Source: Thermoanaerobaculia bacterium (GTDB lineage Bacteria > Acidobacteriota > Thermoanaerobaculia > Gp7-AA8). From it: a stretch of DNA of 64,000 nt. Shown here piece by piece: positions 1 to 8,916 of this stretch (the first letter of the stretch is position 1; each line of letters starts with the position of its first letter). The stretch lies in NCBI GenBank assembly GCA_963715895.1, contig OY970284.1:5069777-5133776 (forward strand), written 5' to 3'. A program made the translations under genes and the position numbers. The notes below the pieces were generated by a model, which saw nothing but the letters and a program-made list of their open reading frames with translations, ran no database searches and was not told the origin of the DNA.

Positions 1-208
1 GCTCGATGGCGGTGCCGCAGCCGACGCACTGCGCCGTTCGCGTTTCCGGGGGCGGGCGAAGTCTTTCTGAGCGCGGCGGCATCGTTCCCGGCCCGCCGAA
101 AGCGGCGGGATGCGTGACGCCCGCCTGTCGTCGCGCCGCATCGAGCTTCGAGCGCAGCTCGTCGTCGGTTAACTCCGGAACCACAACTACCGCTGCGGCA
201 TCGTTCAT
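1..208 (-). CDS. Partial phage replication gene with CxxC (possible DnaC/IstB-like helicase loader N-terminus); runs off window
   Basis: ATG at 208 overlaps the TGA of the upstream initiator (ATGA). Manual translation MNDAAAVVVVPELTDDELR...AQCVGCGTAIE is open to the window edge. Function inferred from position after the initiator. Confidence 0.5.
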   Translation of the reverse strand, partial: MNDAAAVVVVPELTDDELRSKLDAARRQAGVTHPAAFGGPGTMPPRSERLRPPPETRTAQCVGCGTAIE

Positions 209-1059
209 TCGAATGTCCTCATGTCGTCAAATTCGTTGAATCGTTTTGGATCTGGACGAGCCGCGCGCTTGGGTCGCTTCTCTCGTTTCGCAGCCAGGTC
301 GCGCATCCACGTCAGACCCCAATCGGACTTCCTGCCTTTCGGTGAGCTGGCGCGGCGTTCCCAGAAGGCTCGGAATTCGCCGAGGTCTGCGTCGAGATCG
401 AAGTCCGGGTAGAGCATCCGCATGCGCCCCAGAAGCGCTGCGTCGGGTCGCCAATCATCGGGAATTGGAACTGCGGCCACGGCCGATCTGCCGCCTCGCG
501 CGCGCGAACCTGGTTTCTTTTGATCTTGGGAAAGAAAAGAGTCAAAACCAGAGTCAGAAACAGAGAAAGAAGAAGAGGAAGACTGCGTAGCATCGCGTTC
601 GCTATGCGAACGCAATGCGAACGCATCGGCCTCCCCCACCTCACGGCCTTCAATTGCCTCGTCCTCATCCTGCCTCTCAGAACGCCATTTGGAGTTGGCC
701 GAGCGGCGCGCCTTGTCCGACTTGTCCCTCGCTTTGGCAACCTCTTCGAAGAGACGTCCGTTGCGGAAGAACCCGTCACCCGTTGCCTCGAACATTGGCC
801 GCGGGCCGGTGAACAGGCGTCTTCGGGTTCTCATCCATTCGTCGGCCGTCTGTCCGACGACGTCTTGGAACATCTCGTCGTCATCGGGCAGGTCCGTCTG
901 ATCGCGGCCGTGCAGGAAGGCGTGATCGAGCAGGTCCCTGAAGGCATGCTGCGTTGCCTTTGGCAAGTGAGAGACCATGGCGCGGAAGTCACCCGGAGAC
1001 CAGGCGAACCAGTCGAGACGCTTGGCCTCGGCCGGCCGCTTCTGTTGTGCGACAGTCAT
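205..1059 (-). CDS. DUF1376/YdaU-family phage replication initiator with C-terminal DnaT-like domain
   Basis: N-terminal WFAWSPGDFRAMVSHL...LPDDDE...FRNGRLFEE...KSDKARRSANSKW pattern, low-complexity linker, C-terminal IPDDWRP...FRAFW...KSDWGLTW. Start placed at ATG 1059 (GGAG upstream) rather than 1224. Confidence 0.75.
   Translation of the reverse strand: MTVAQQKRPAEAKRLDWFAWSPGDFRAMVSHLPKATQHAFRDLLDHAFLHGRDQTDLPDDDEMFQDVVGQTADEWMRTRRRLFTGPRPMFEATGDGFFRNGRLFEEVAKARDKSDKARRSANSKWRSERQDEDEAIEGREVGEADAFALRSHSERDATQSSSSSFSVSDSGFDSFLSQDQKKPGSRARGGRSAVAAVPIPDDWRPDAALLGRMRMLYPDFDLDADLGEFRAFWERRASSPKGRKSDWGLTWMRDLAAKREKRPKRAARPDPKRFNEFDDMRTFE
515..626. other. Putative iteron-type replication origin inside the initiator gene
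   Basis: TGCGAACGC at 605 and 616 (11-bp period), inverted GCGTTCGC at 595, next to a purine-skewed A-rich tract (~525-582). Resembles the layout of lambda ori within gene O. Confidence 0.55.
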
Positions 1060-1144
1060 GCGGTCTGGCTCCGTTCGGCATGCGAACGCTCTGCGAACGC
1101 ATACCGAACGCATCCCGAGGGCATATGCGTCTTGCGGGTCGCGC

Positions 1145-1453
1145 TCACAGCGTGGGCATCTCCGACTCGAGAAACCGGTCGACGCGCCGCACGATGAGGT
1201 AGTAACGCCGGCCCGAACCATCACCGGAGTAGCTCACCGGTAAGAGCGCCTTCGCCTCTGCGATCGTGAGGCCATACATCCGTCGGAGTAGTTCGGCGAA
1301 CTTCCGCTTGAGCGGGATCATTCTCGGTTCGACGCTCGGAGGGCGAAGACGAACCGCGTGCGTTCTGCCTCGAAGGCGATGAATCCGCACGGCGGTCATC
1401 TTCGGGTTCATGAGGTCGAGCGGCTCTCGCCTGGCTCGCGCGAGGGTAGTCAT
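1145..1453 (-). CDS. Small phage protein, possible excisionase-like DNA-binding protein
   Basis: Coupled to the upstream Cro-like gene. LTIAEAKALL...RRYYLIVRRVDRFLE resembles Xis/winged HTH. Confidence 0.4.
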   Translation of the reverse strand: MTTLARARREPLDLMNPKMTAVRIHRLRGRTHAVRLRPPSVEPRMIPLKRKFAELLRRMYGLTIAEAKALLPVSYSGDGSGRRYYLIVRRVDRFLESEMPTL

Positions 1454-1797
1454 CGCGACGATGCGCTCCGGCGTGCTTGGCGGACAGGACGCCCAGGTGC
1501 GCGAACCGCCGTCGGTTCTTCGCGAGAATTGCCAGTCGCGAGCCGCCTAGAATTAAATTCTTCGCATGCGTCGAGCACGCGGCCGGGGGAAAGGCTGAGC
1601 AACTCCGCGAGGAGCCTGAGTTTGTCGGCCGGAGGCATGTAGATGCCCCGCAACTGTTTGTAGAGCGCGTCGGCTCCTCCGGCGTACCCGAGGAAGATGG
1701 CGAACTCCGTGAAGCCCTTGCCACGGTTCGACTTCTGCCACGCTGTGAACGCCTTGCGAATGGGGTGAATCGGTCTCTTACCTGAAGTTATGTGCAT
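1450..1797 (-). CDS. Cro-like HTH regulator
   Basis: FTEFAIFLG...ALYKQLRGIYMPPADKLRLLAELL XRE-type HTH; divergent from the CI-like gene. Confidence 0.6.
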   Translation of the reverse strand: MHITSGKRPIHPIRKAFTAWQKSNRGKGFTEFAIFLGYAGGADALYKQLRGIYMPPADKLRLLAELLSLSPGRVLDACEEFNSRRLATGNSREEPTAVRAPGRPVRQARRSASSR

Positions 1798-1931
1798 AGA
1801 TTGGAGGCGGAGTCTAAGAGTAAGATTCGTGTTTGGTCAATGTTTTCGAAACCCAAGAGTCACATAGGAGTCTGCATTCTTAGAATCCAATTCTTGACTT
1901 ACTCTCGGCAGAGGAGCTACCTTTCGCGTCC

Positions 1932-2348
1932 ATGGACGCACATCTCTTTCTCAAGGCTGAGCGTGAACGGCAGCGGCACAGCGCCGGTGAAGTTGCCGAC
2001 TATCTTGGGCTTACCGAAGACATGGTGAGGCGGTACGACAGCGGCCGAAGCGATATCAGTCTCCGCACCGCAACCCGCTACGCCGAGTTTCTCGGCAAGC
2101 AACTCGGCGACATCCTTCCGGCCTCGAACGTTCGACTTGCCGAGGCCGAACCCATCATGAAGGTGCTGCAGGAATTTGAGCCCGAGGAGCGCGAGGAGAT
2201 CGTGCATCACGTGCTGCGGACGATCGCCTTCATGGGGCGGATGATGAGGATGCGGGCGGCGAATGAGATATCGCGTTCGGCGTCGAACGAGTCAGAGCCT
2301 GCCGAGCCAAATGAAACCGCGGCCACGACGCCGTCGGAGGAGAAATGA
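1932..2348 (+). CDS. XRE-family HTH repressor (CI-like)
   Basis: LKAERERQRHSAGEVADYLGLTEDMVRRYDSGRSDISL HTH_3 pattern; GAGGAG RBS; ATGA-coupled to the integrase. Confidence 0.8.
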   Translation: MDAHLFLKAERERQRHSAGEVADYLGLTEDMVRRYDSGRSDISLRTATRYAEFLGKQLGDILPASNVRLAEAEPIMKVLQEFEPEEREEIVHHVLRTIAFMGRMMRMRAANEISRSASNESEPAEPNETAATTPSEEK

Positions 2349-3661
2349 GCGGCTACGTTCGAGTGACATGGGAGTTCCGGCGGAATGCTTACGTCATTCG
2401 GCCTAGACAGTGGCAACTCGACCTGAACGGGCGTGCCACTCGGATGGATACGCAGCTAAAGATCCCGAAGGAAGTGTTCCGGAAGGCGGGCGTGCCGGGC
2501 GACGTGCGCAGCAAACGCGCTGACGTCATCGCCGCGAACTACGCGGCCAAACGCGAGCGCGAGTTGAACGAGCCGGACCGGAAACTGCGCATGACGCTTT
2601 CCGAGATCGGCGATCAGTGGCTCGAGTCACGAAAGCGGAAAGACCCCAAGACGCTTGCCAGCGACCGGCTGCTCATTTCCTACGCCGTGGCATTCTTCGC
2701 TGATCGCGACCCCTCGACGATCGACATCGGGGCAGCCGAGCTGTATCGCGACTGGTTGTTCGAGCGCGGAGTTGTGGCACGCCTGGGCAAGCGCGAGCTG
2801 CGCAAGATGTCTCCGCGCTCGGTCTACAACGCCGTGGCCTTCCTCCCGCGCCTCTTGGAGTTCGGATACGAGCGCAAACGCGACACCGGCATGACAGCGC
2901 TCGAGCTGCGCGCCGTACCGGAAGTCGAAGGCAAGGCGGGCCTCGGCGGCGCACGCAAGATGAGCATCGACGAATTCTGGCGCGCGTACGAAGCTGCCGG
3001 ACGCCTCCCGCGGGTAGGAACGAAATTGCAGGTGACCTTGGCGCTCGGCCTCGCCACATGGCTGCGGCTCGAAGCGCTCCTCAACCTTCAAGTGACATGG
3101 ATCGATGCCGTCGAAGCCACGGTCAGAGTTCCACCCGAATTCATGAAGGGCGGCAAGACAGAGCTGATTCTGCCTCTCAATCGCTTCGCAATGGCATCAA
3201 TCCAGCGGGTGACCATGGCGTTCCCCAAGGCGCTCCATGTCTTGCCGGTGAACCCCAGGACGCATCGCCCCGCGACAAACCTGTTTCACACCCTGCGGGC
3301 AATCGCGGCCGGCGCGGACATGCCGCCGTTCTCGCTGCACAGCATTCGAAAGACCGCAGCGTCGCTCATTCTGAACCACCGGTGTGATTACTGCCGCCAC
3401 TGCCGAATGTTCCTCGCCGATCACAAGCGTGACCGTTGCGCGAACGGCGAGACGACCTTCTTCCCCACCCACGCGGCCGGCGTGAAGAAGATCGTCGCGG
3501 ACCGTATCCTTGCGCACGCGATGCCGCAGATGGACACGGCCTACTTCGAGGTCGACTTGGAATCAATGCGTGACGCGCTGAGCGTCATCGATGAGGAGTG
3601 GGAGCGCTACAACCGCCGCAGCGAGGGCAAGGTCATCGAAATAGCCGCGCGACGTGCATGA
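2345..3661 (+). CDS. int: Tyrosine recombinase/phage integrase
   Basis: Catalytic residues in order: R (TWLRLEAL), K (FMKGG), HxxR (LHSIRKT), H (ILAH), Y (DTAYF). Confidence 0.9.
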   Translation: MSGYVRVTWEFRRNAYVIRPRQWQLDLNGRATRMDTQLKIPKEVFRKAGVPGDVRSKRADVIAANYAAKRERELNEPDRKLRMTLSEIGDQWLESRKRKDPKTLASDRLLISYAVAFFADRDPSTIDIGAAELYRDWLFERGVVARLGKRELRKMSPRSVYNAVAFLPRLLEFGYERKRDTGMTALELRAVPEVEGKAGLGGARKMSIDEFWRAYEAAGRLPRVGTKLQVTLALGLATWLRLEALLNLQVTWIDAVEATVRVPPEFMKGGKTELILPLNRFAMASIQRVTMAFPKALHVLPVNPRTHRPATNLFHTLRAIAAGADMPPFSLHSIRKTAASLILNHRCDYCRHCRMFLADHKRDRCANGETTFFPTHAAGVKKIVADRILAHAMPQMDTAYFEVDLESMRDALSVIDEEWERYNRRSEGKVIEIAARRA

Positions 3662-3735
3662 GCTTCAAGACGGAAACGATCGTACGTTGAAGACTGTTCG
3701 CCCCCCTCACATAGCTTCGCAAATTGAGTGGCACC

Positions 3736-3999
3736 TCATTCCCTTGGACTTTCGCCCATTTGCGCTTGCGGCCTACGTCGCCTCGTGCGCATCAAGATCA
3801 CGATAGATGCGATGAGCAAGGCTCCCGGCAAACTGAGCGCGTACTCCCATCGTAACGCTTCGTGCCGGGCGTCACCCGGATAGTTTGGCGCACCACTTAA
3901 CGACGCTATCGCCGTAATCGCCAGCAGGCAATATGCAATGGTCAAGCAGGCCGCGATCAGACTCATCCAGGCGTAGGGTCTTAGACGTCGCGCCTCCAT
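3736..3999 (-). CDS. Small two-TM membrane protein (possible immunity protein)
   Basis: Two hydrophobic helices, GGAGG RBS region, last gene downstream of the RHS operon. Confidence 0.5.
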   Translation of the reverse strand: MEARRLRPYAWMSLIAACLTIAYCLLAITAIASLSGAPNYPGDARHEALRWEYALSLPGALLIASIVILMRTRRRRPQAQMGESPRE

Positions 4000-4051
4000 C
4001 AGAAATACCTCCGAAATTGCCCTGCAAATGGCAATATCGGCCCCACGCCGC

Positions 4052-5038
4052 TCACTGCTTGCTGCCTGCCAGTCGCAATTCGTTCAGCACCTCTTCGGCT
4101 TCCACCCTTACCGCGCCGTCGCCGGTCAACATCAGTGCCTTCGCTTTTTCAGTCGCCACTTGCCGAAAGCGCTCCGCATTCACCTTGTCGTCGACAAGGT
4201 CGTAATACTCTGCCTTCGCTTTAAGGAGCCGAGGCGAATCGGGGTGCGATATAAGGCCGGCATCGAGTATGGCCAAAGCGTGCCGCTTGTAATCGTCGCC
4301 AAATCCGTCTTGCCAGCACAGAAGATCAACTTGAGAGTACATCGTATACCACATCTTGTCCGACGACGGATTCGCTTTCAGATATTCAATTGCGCCATTG
4401 CAATCACGAACGACTATTAACTGCCACGTACGCTGCTGCCATACCGGCCGTGCGTCCTCTAGGTCTGTAGCTGAGTTTGTCATCGTTATGGTGTGTGACG
4501 GGACTGTACTTAGAGGCGGCTGTTCCTCGCCAAGGCGCCGGAGCACGAATCGATCTTCCCGCGAGTCTGGTTTGCGCCGGAGATTAGCTGTAGCAACTTG
4601 CGCGGCGCGCTCGTAAAAGACGCGCGCGCCGGTCACGTCGCCAAGCATTTCCAACAGCCCGCCTTTGTCCATGATGAGCAAGGCCGACTCCGGATAACGG
4701 TGCATTCCCTCATCGATTGCCGACAGAGCTGCTCGCTTGTCCACATCACTGCGGGAGTGTGACCAACACATCGCTTCTCCGAGCCCGCGCAACTCATACC
4801 ATTCCTCCGATACCTCTGCGGGCGGTATTGTTTTGAGGAACGCTCGTAGCTCATCACATCGCTTCGAACCTAAAAGGCTAATGCCCCGCTCTACCCATGC
4901 TGGTGGCCGACCTGATGCGGATGCGGTCAGTGTCGGCGGCAAACTAGGAGGTAACTTTGGCCTATTGCAGGCCGATCCTGCGAGCAAGCTTGTTGTGATG
5001 ATAAAGAAGACCTCTACGCCGACAGTGCGCGTCGTCAT
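4052..5038 (-). CDS. Exported/lipoprotein-like protein with two tandem TPR-like domains; candidate RHS immunity protein
   Basis: ATG 5038 overlaps the RHS TGA (ATGA). Hydrophobic N-terminus ends LLAGSAC. Internal duplication (PxW...C...WY...CW...KRxAL..D.G...P.S..L...K). Confidence 0.65.
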   Translation of the reverse strand: MTTRTVGVEVFFIITTSLLAGSACNRPKLPPSLPPTLTASASGRPPAWVERGISLLGSKRCDELRAFLKTIPPAEVSEEWYELRGLGEAMCWSHSRSDVDKRAALSAIDEGMHRYPESALLIMDKGGLLEMLGDVTGARVFYERAAQVATANLRRKPDSREDRFVLRRLGEEQPPLSTVPSHTITMTNSATDLEDARPVWQQRTWQLIVVRDCNGAIEYLKANPSSDKMWYTMYSQVDLLCWQDGFGDDYKRHALAILDAGLISHPDSPRLLKAKAEYYDLVDDKVNAERFRQVATEKAKALMLTGDGAVRVEAEEVLNELRLAGSKQ

Positions 5039-8000
5039 TGTGGCGGCTCCGGACACGGAATGCCAAAGTTAGTACCCAAGAATCTCACGCCGTGCGTTAA
5101 GACCCCCTTGCTCTTGCTGACTATCTGATCCGACTGTCCAAAGTTGAAGCCGCCATCGGAACTCGTGTACTGGAACGGGCAGAGGCACAGAGTGTGAAAG
5201 GTGATCTTCTCCTTCCAAAACGCCGTAGAGACCAGATATTTCACCCAAATGCATTCCTCATCGAAAAATGGCCAGAACCCGAATTCGCCGCCCGCATTAC
5301 TGTCGGGAGGGCCAAACTTGTAACCTCCAGCCTGCGCAATCGCGCCATTCGTTCCCTTGTACCCGGCGTCCATCTCCGGCTCGTGCGGATGTTCGTAGGT
5401 TCCTGCCTCTTGCCACCCGGTCCACCTTGGAAGCGTGTTGAAGTACACCTGTTTCGCGCCCATCGTCGTGAAGCTGTGGCAGATCAGGCCGAAAGGATCA
5501 TCGTAACCGATGGGATTATTGTCCGCATACGAATACGCTCGTAAACTTGCAATCGTGAGGTGCTCTTGAAGAGGATCTTCGCTGAGGAAGCGACCGTGCG
5601 GGGCGTCGTAATAGCGCGCGCGGTAGTACCATGACGGACCACCGGTTTCGCGCCCCGTGTAGCCGAACAGCTCTGCAGGCGGACTTGCCGTCTCTCCCCA
5701 GGGCGAATAGCCCGTGGAGTTCAAAACAGAGCCAATGGAGTCTGTCGAAACCACGATGGAGCCAAGACCATCTACGCCGAAGTACGTAACACTGCCGTTC
5801 GCCGTACGTTTAGCGAGCGGCTCATCAATCCCTGGGCCAAAGACGTAGTCGGTGGCCACACCCGCAGTGGAATTCCGTTCGCCGACGGTGTTGCCGCCCA
5901 TGCCAATGTACCGGGTAGTACTCCCGCCCGACGCGGTTGACGCCCTACCGAAAGCGTCGTAGGTATAAGTCTTCCCACCATAGGAGGTCATGCGACCTGC
6001 GTAATCCCATCCGTAGGCGTTCGACACGCCGGCCGCGGACGCTGCCGTCACATTACCGGCCGCATCATACGTAAACTCGTACGAACTGTCGTTGCGAAGG
6101 CGTTGGCTATTGCCGCCACTGGCATTGGTGTAATAGGTGTATGGCAGGGTATACCCGAGGCTCGGAACGCGTCTGCTGAGGCGGTTGCCGATCGCATCGT
6201 ACGTCCAGGCATCGTAAGTGTTATTCGGGTAGTCGGCTCGGACAAGCTGATAACGGTCGTCATAGGAGTACTTTGTGAGACCGCTGACGATGTTCGGCGC
6301 TCCTGGCGCTGTGGCCGAAACGCTGGTCCTCTGGCCACGCATTGAATAGTCGCCCGCCTGCCAGTTATAGTCATATGCATAGTCGAACGACACGATGGTG
6401 TCGCCGCCGGGAGATGTATTGTTGACGTTGGTCAGGCGATCCTGGTTGTCGTACGTGAACCGCCGCTGTTGATTGTTGGGAAAGGTGATCCGATTGTACT
6501 GACCGCTCGGCGTATAATCGAAGATGAACTGGCCGCTCAGCCAGCTCCATGTCTCGCTGGTCACCTGCCCATTCGGGCCATAGCCATAGGCAACGCTTTG
6601 CGGGGACGTGTTTGTTCCGAATGGTGGCTGAATCGTATACGAGCTGAGGAGTGAACCTGTACCACCATACACGTAGGTCTTCTTCTCGCTACCTGCAGTG
6701 TCGTCCACGGTAAGTCGCCACGAACTGTCGTAGCTGTAGTTGTGAACCATCACGGCGGATGTCTGGCTGTCCTGAAGCTGGATCAGCTTCTGACCATCGT
6801 AGGTATAGGATTGCCCAAGAGGGCCACCGAAATTATTGTAACCGTTGTACTGGAAAGAGAGTATCCGGCCGAGTCCGTCGTAAACATATTGAATGGTGTT
6901 TCCGCGGCGATCGGAGTGCCAGCTAAGCTTGCCATTGAAGGTGCTGTAGGTGTCTATTGAGCCGTCAGGGTATGTGACGGTCGCCAGTTCTCTGGTGGGG
7001 CTGTAGCCGTAGCTCGTTTCGTTGCCGTTGGCATCACGAATCTTTTGCAGGAGGCCATGTTGATACGTGAACAGTGTGACGTTGCCGAGGGCATCGACGG
7101 CTTGTACCAAGTGTCCAAGCGCATCGTATCCCGACTTCGTGAGTCGGCCGTTTGGGTCGGTAACATTCGTGAATGTCAACCCGGTGGTCGAATCGTAGTT
7201 ATCGTACGAGTAGGTTGTAACCGTCTCGTACGGAGAGGTCGGGCTGGGTTTTGGTAGCGTCACGGTAAGGATTCGGTTCAACGCGTCGTACGTCGTTGTC
7301 GTGGTGTGACCGTTCGGATCGGTCGCTGAGATCGGTCGTCCCAGAACATCGTATGATATTTGAGTAACGCTCGGCGCACCGGATGTCGTGATCGAGGTGA
7401 GATCGCCCGCGGCGTTGAAGCCATATGCTGTCACGATGCCGTTGTCATCTGTCGCGTTCGATAGCCGGCCATGCGGTGTGTACTGGAATGATGCAACCAA
7501 GTCCTTCGTGATCGTATCCGCTCGTACTCGCCAGACTCGATAGAGTTCTCCAGGTCCGGCCACATTCGCGGCGTTATAGTCGTAGTACCATCCGGCCCAA
7601 TTCGTCTTGAGATTACCGGAATAATCTTTAGGAATGATGCTGGCGACCTTCTCCGGCCAGATCGGGTCGTAGGTGTACCACCAAACGGCGGTTCCGCTGC
7701 CGGACGAGGGTGGCTCGGGACTTGGTTTTGTGACCGTAACAACCCGGCCGAGAGCGTCGTACTGGAGCTGCGATTGGCCCCCGCTCGGACTTGTGACGGT
7801 TATTGGTTGGCCATTTACATAATTTCCAGCGTCGACCAAACCTGTCGAGTCATAAGAATAGGAACCGCCGCCGAGCGAATTGGCCTTTGCGGTGTTCTGT
7901 TGCGATGGCTGATATTGATAGGTGTACTTCTCGCCGGCTGAGGCCGCCGGTGCGGCTTCATCAAACGCCCCGTCCGTGTAGCTTTTCAATTTGCCATCGG

Positions 8001-8901
8001 CGTACCATTCGAGAGCACTGATGACGCGGCTCCAGCGGTCGGTAATCGTCGTGAGTACCTTTCCAAAGCGCCCCGCCCCATAGGTATAGTTTGTCGAGCG
8101 GAGCGACCCGTTCCCGGACACCGTTGGGTCGGCCACGCCGGTTAGTGTACCGTCGTTCGTGTCGTAGTAGTACTTCACCTGCCGCCCACTGTTGTCGGTC
8201 AGGGCGCTCAACCGTCCGTCCGCGCCCCACGTGAGATCGATGTAACGACCGGAGCCAGCGCTGTCGGCGACCCGCTGCACGCGGAGCGCGGAGTCGTACG
8301 TCCAAGTGATGACATTGCCGAAGTCGTCGGTGAGCGACGACAGGGAGCCGTCGATACCGAACGCCCAGACGGTGTGGGTATGCTCAATGGTCAGCGAATA
8401 CGTCCCGTCGCCGTTCCGGACCAACTTGTCGTTTCGCCCCGCCGGAGGCGAAAACGTCCCAGAGCTGTCGGCTGGGAAACGGTAGACAACTCCGTCAGGC
8501 AGGACGACATCGGCTTCGTGTGAATAGGTGCTTGGCGCTGCAAAGAGATAGGTTGCGTAATAGAGTCGGGGCATCAGGCTGGACGACCAACCCACACCTA
8601 CCGGACCGTCAGTGGCGCGGCTGCTGTCGTAAAGCCGCGACGCGACCAAACTGAAGCTCCCCGCGGTCGGGATGGAAAGGTCGACGGCGTCCGTCGCGTA
8701 GATACCCGTCGCGACGTAGCAGGGTGATTTCGTGCACTTGTCGCATTCTTTTGGCTGGCAAATCGGCGGCGGACTTGCCGGCGGCGGTGGTTGAGGCACG
8801 GTGGTCGGCGTCAGGCAAAATGTCTGCGCCTCCGCTCCAGCGGCAAAGAGTGAAGCAGCAATGATCAGGCAGGCGATGGTGAGAAACGTTCTCGATGACA
8901 T
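5035..8901 (-). CDS. rhs: Secreted RHS/YD-repeat protein with DUF6531-like N-terminal region and C-terminal toxin-like tip
   Basis: Sec signal peptide, RLYDS...GVGWS, many YD repeats, RHS core YYRARYYD...GRFLSEDP...YSYADNNPIGYDDPFGL, then a ~150-aa unique tip. Confidence 0.92.
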   Translation of the reverse strand: MSSRTFLTIACLIIAASLFAAGAEAQTFCLTPTTVPQPPPPASPPPICQPKECDKCTKSPCYVATGIYATDAVDLSIPTAGSFSLVASRLYDSSRATDGPVGVGWSSSLMPRLYYATYLFAAPSTYSHEADVVLPDGVVYRFPADSSGTFSPPAGRNDKLVRNGDGTYSLTIEHTHTVWAFGIDGSLSSLTDDFGNVITWTYDSALRVQRVADSAGSGRYIDLTWGADGRLSALTDNSGRQVKYYYDTNDGTLTGVADPTVSGNGSLRSTNYTYGAGRFGKVLTTITDRWSRVISALEWYADGKLKSYTDGAFDEAAPAASAGEKYTYQYQPSQQNTAKANSLGGGSYSYDSTGLVDAGNYVNGQPITVTSPSGGQSQLQYDALGRVVTVTKPSPEPPSSGSGTAVWWYTYDPIWPEKVASIIPKDYSGNLKTNWAGWYYDYNAANVAGPGELYRVWRVRADTITKDLVASFQYTPHGRLSNATDDNGIVTAYGFNAAGDLTSITTSGAPSVTQISYDVLGRPISATDPNGHTTTTTYDALNRILTVTLPKPSPTSPYETVTTYSYDNYDSTTGLTFTNVTDPNGRLTKSGYDALGHLVQAVDALGNVTLFTYQHGLLQKIRDANGNETSYGYSPTRELATVTYPDGSIDTYSTFNGKLSWHSDRRGNTIQYVYDGLGRILSFQYNGYNNFGGPLGQSYTYDGQKLIQLQDSQTSAVMVHNYSYDSSWRLTVDDTAGSEKKTYVYGGTGSLLSSYTIQPPFGTNTSPQSVAYGYGPNGQVTSETWSWLSGQFIFDYTPSGQYNRITFPNNQQRRFTYDNQDRLTNVNNTSPGGDTIVSFDYAYDYNWQAGDYSMRGQRTSVSATAPGAPNIVSGLTKYSYDDRYQLVRADYPNNTYDAWTYDAIGNRLSRRVPSLGYTLPYTYYTNASGGNSQRLRNDSSYEFTYDAAGNVTAASAAGVSNAYGWDYAGRMTSYGGKTYTYDAFGRASTASGGSTTRYIGMGGNTVGERNSTAGVATDYVFGPGIDEPLAKRTANGSVTYFGVDGLGSIVVSTDSIGSVLNSTGYSPWGETASPPAELFGYTGRETGGPSWYYRARYYDAPHGRFLSEDPLQEHLTIASLRAYSYADNNPIGYDDPFGLICHSFTTMGAKQVYFNTLPRWTGWQEAGTYEHPHEPEMDAGYKGTNGAIAQAGGYKFGPPDSNAGGEFGFWPFFDEECIWVKYLVSTAFWKEKITFHTLCLCPFQYTSSDGGFNFGQSDQIVSKSKGVLTHGVRFLGTNFGIPCPEPPQ

Positions 8902-8916
8902 TCGTCGCGCTCCCTC

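Noticed and set aside
205-3661. Complete prophage or diversity-generating/retron element
   Set aside because: No structural or reverse transcriptase genes in the window; the element continues past the left edge and cannot be classified here.
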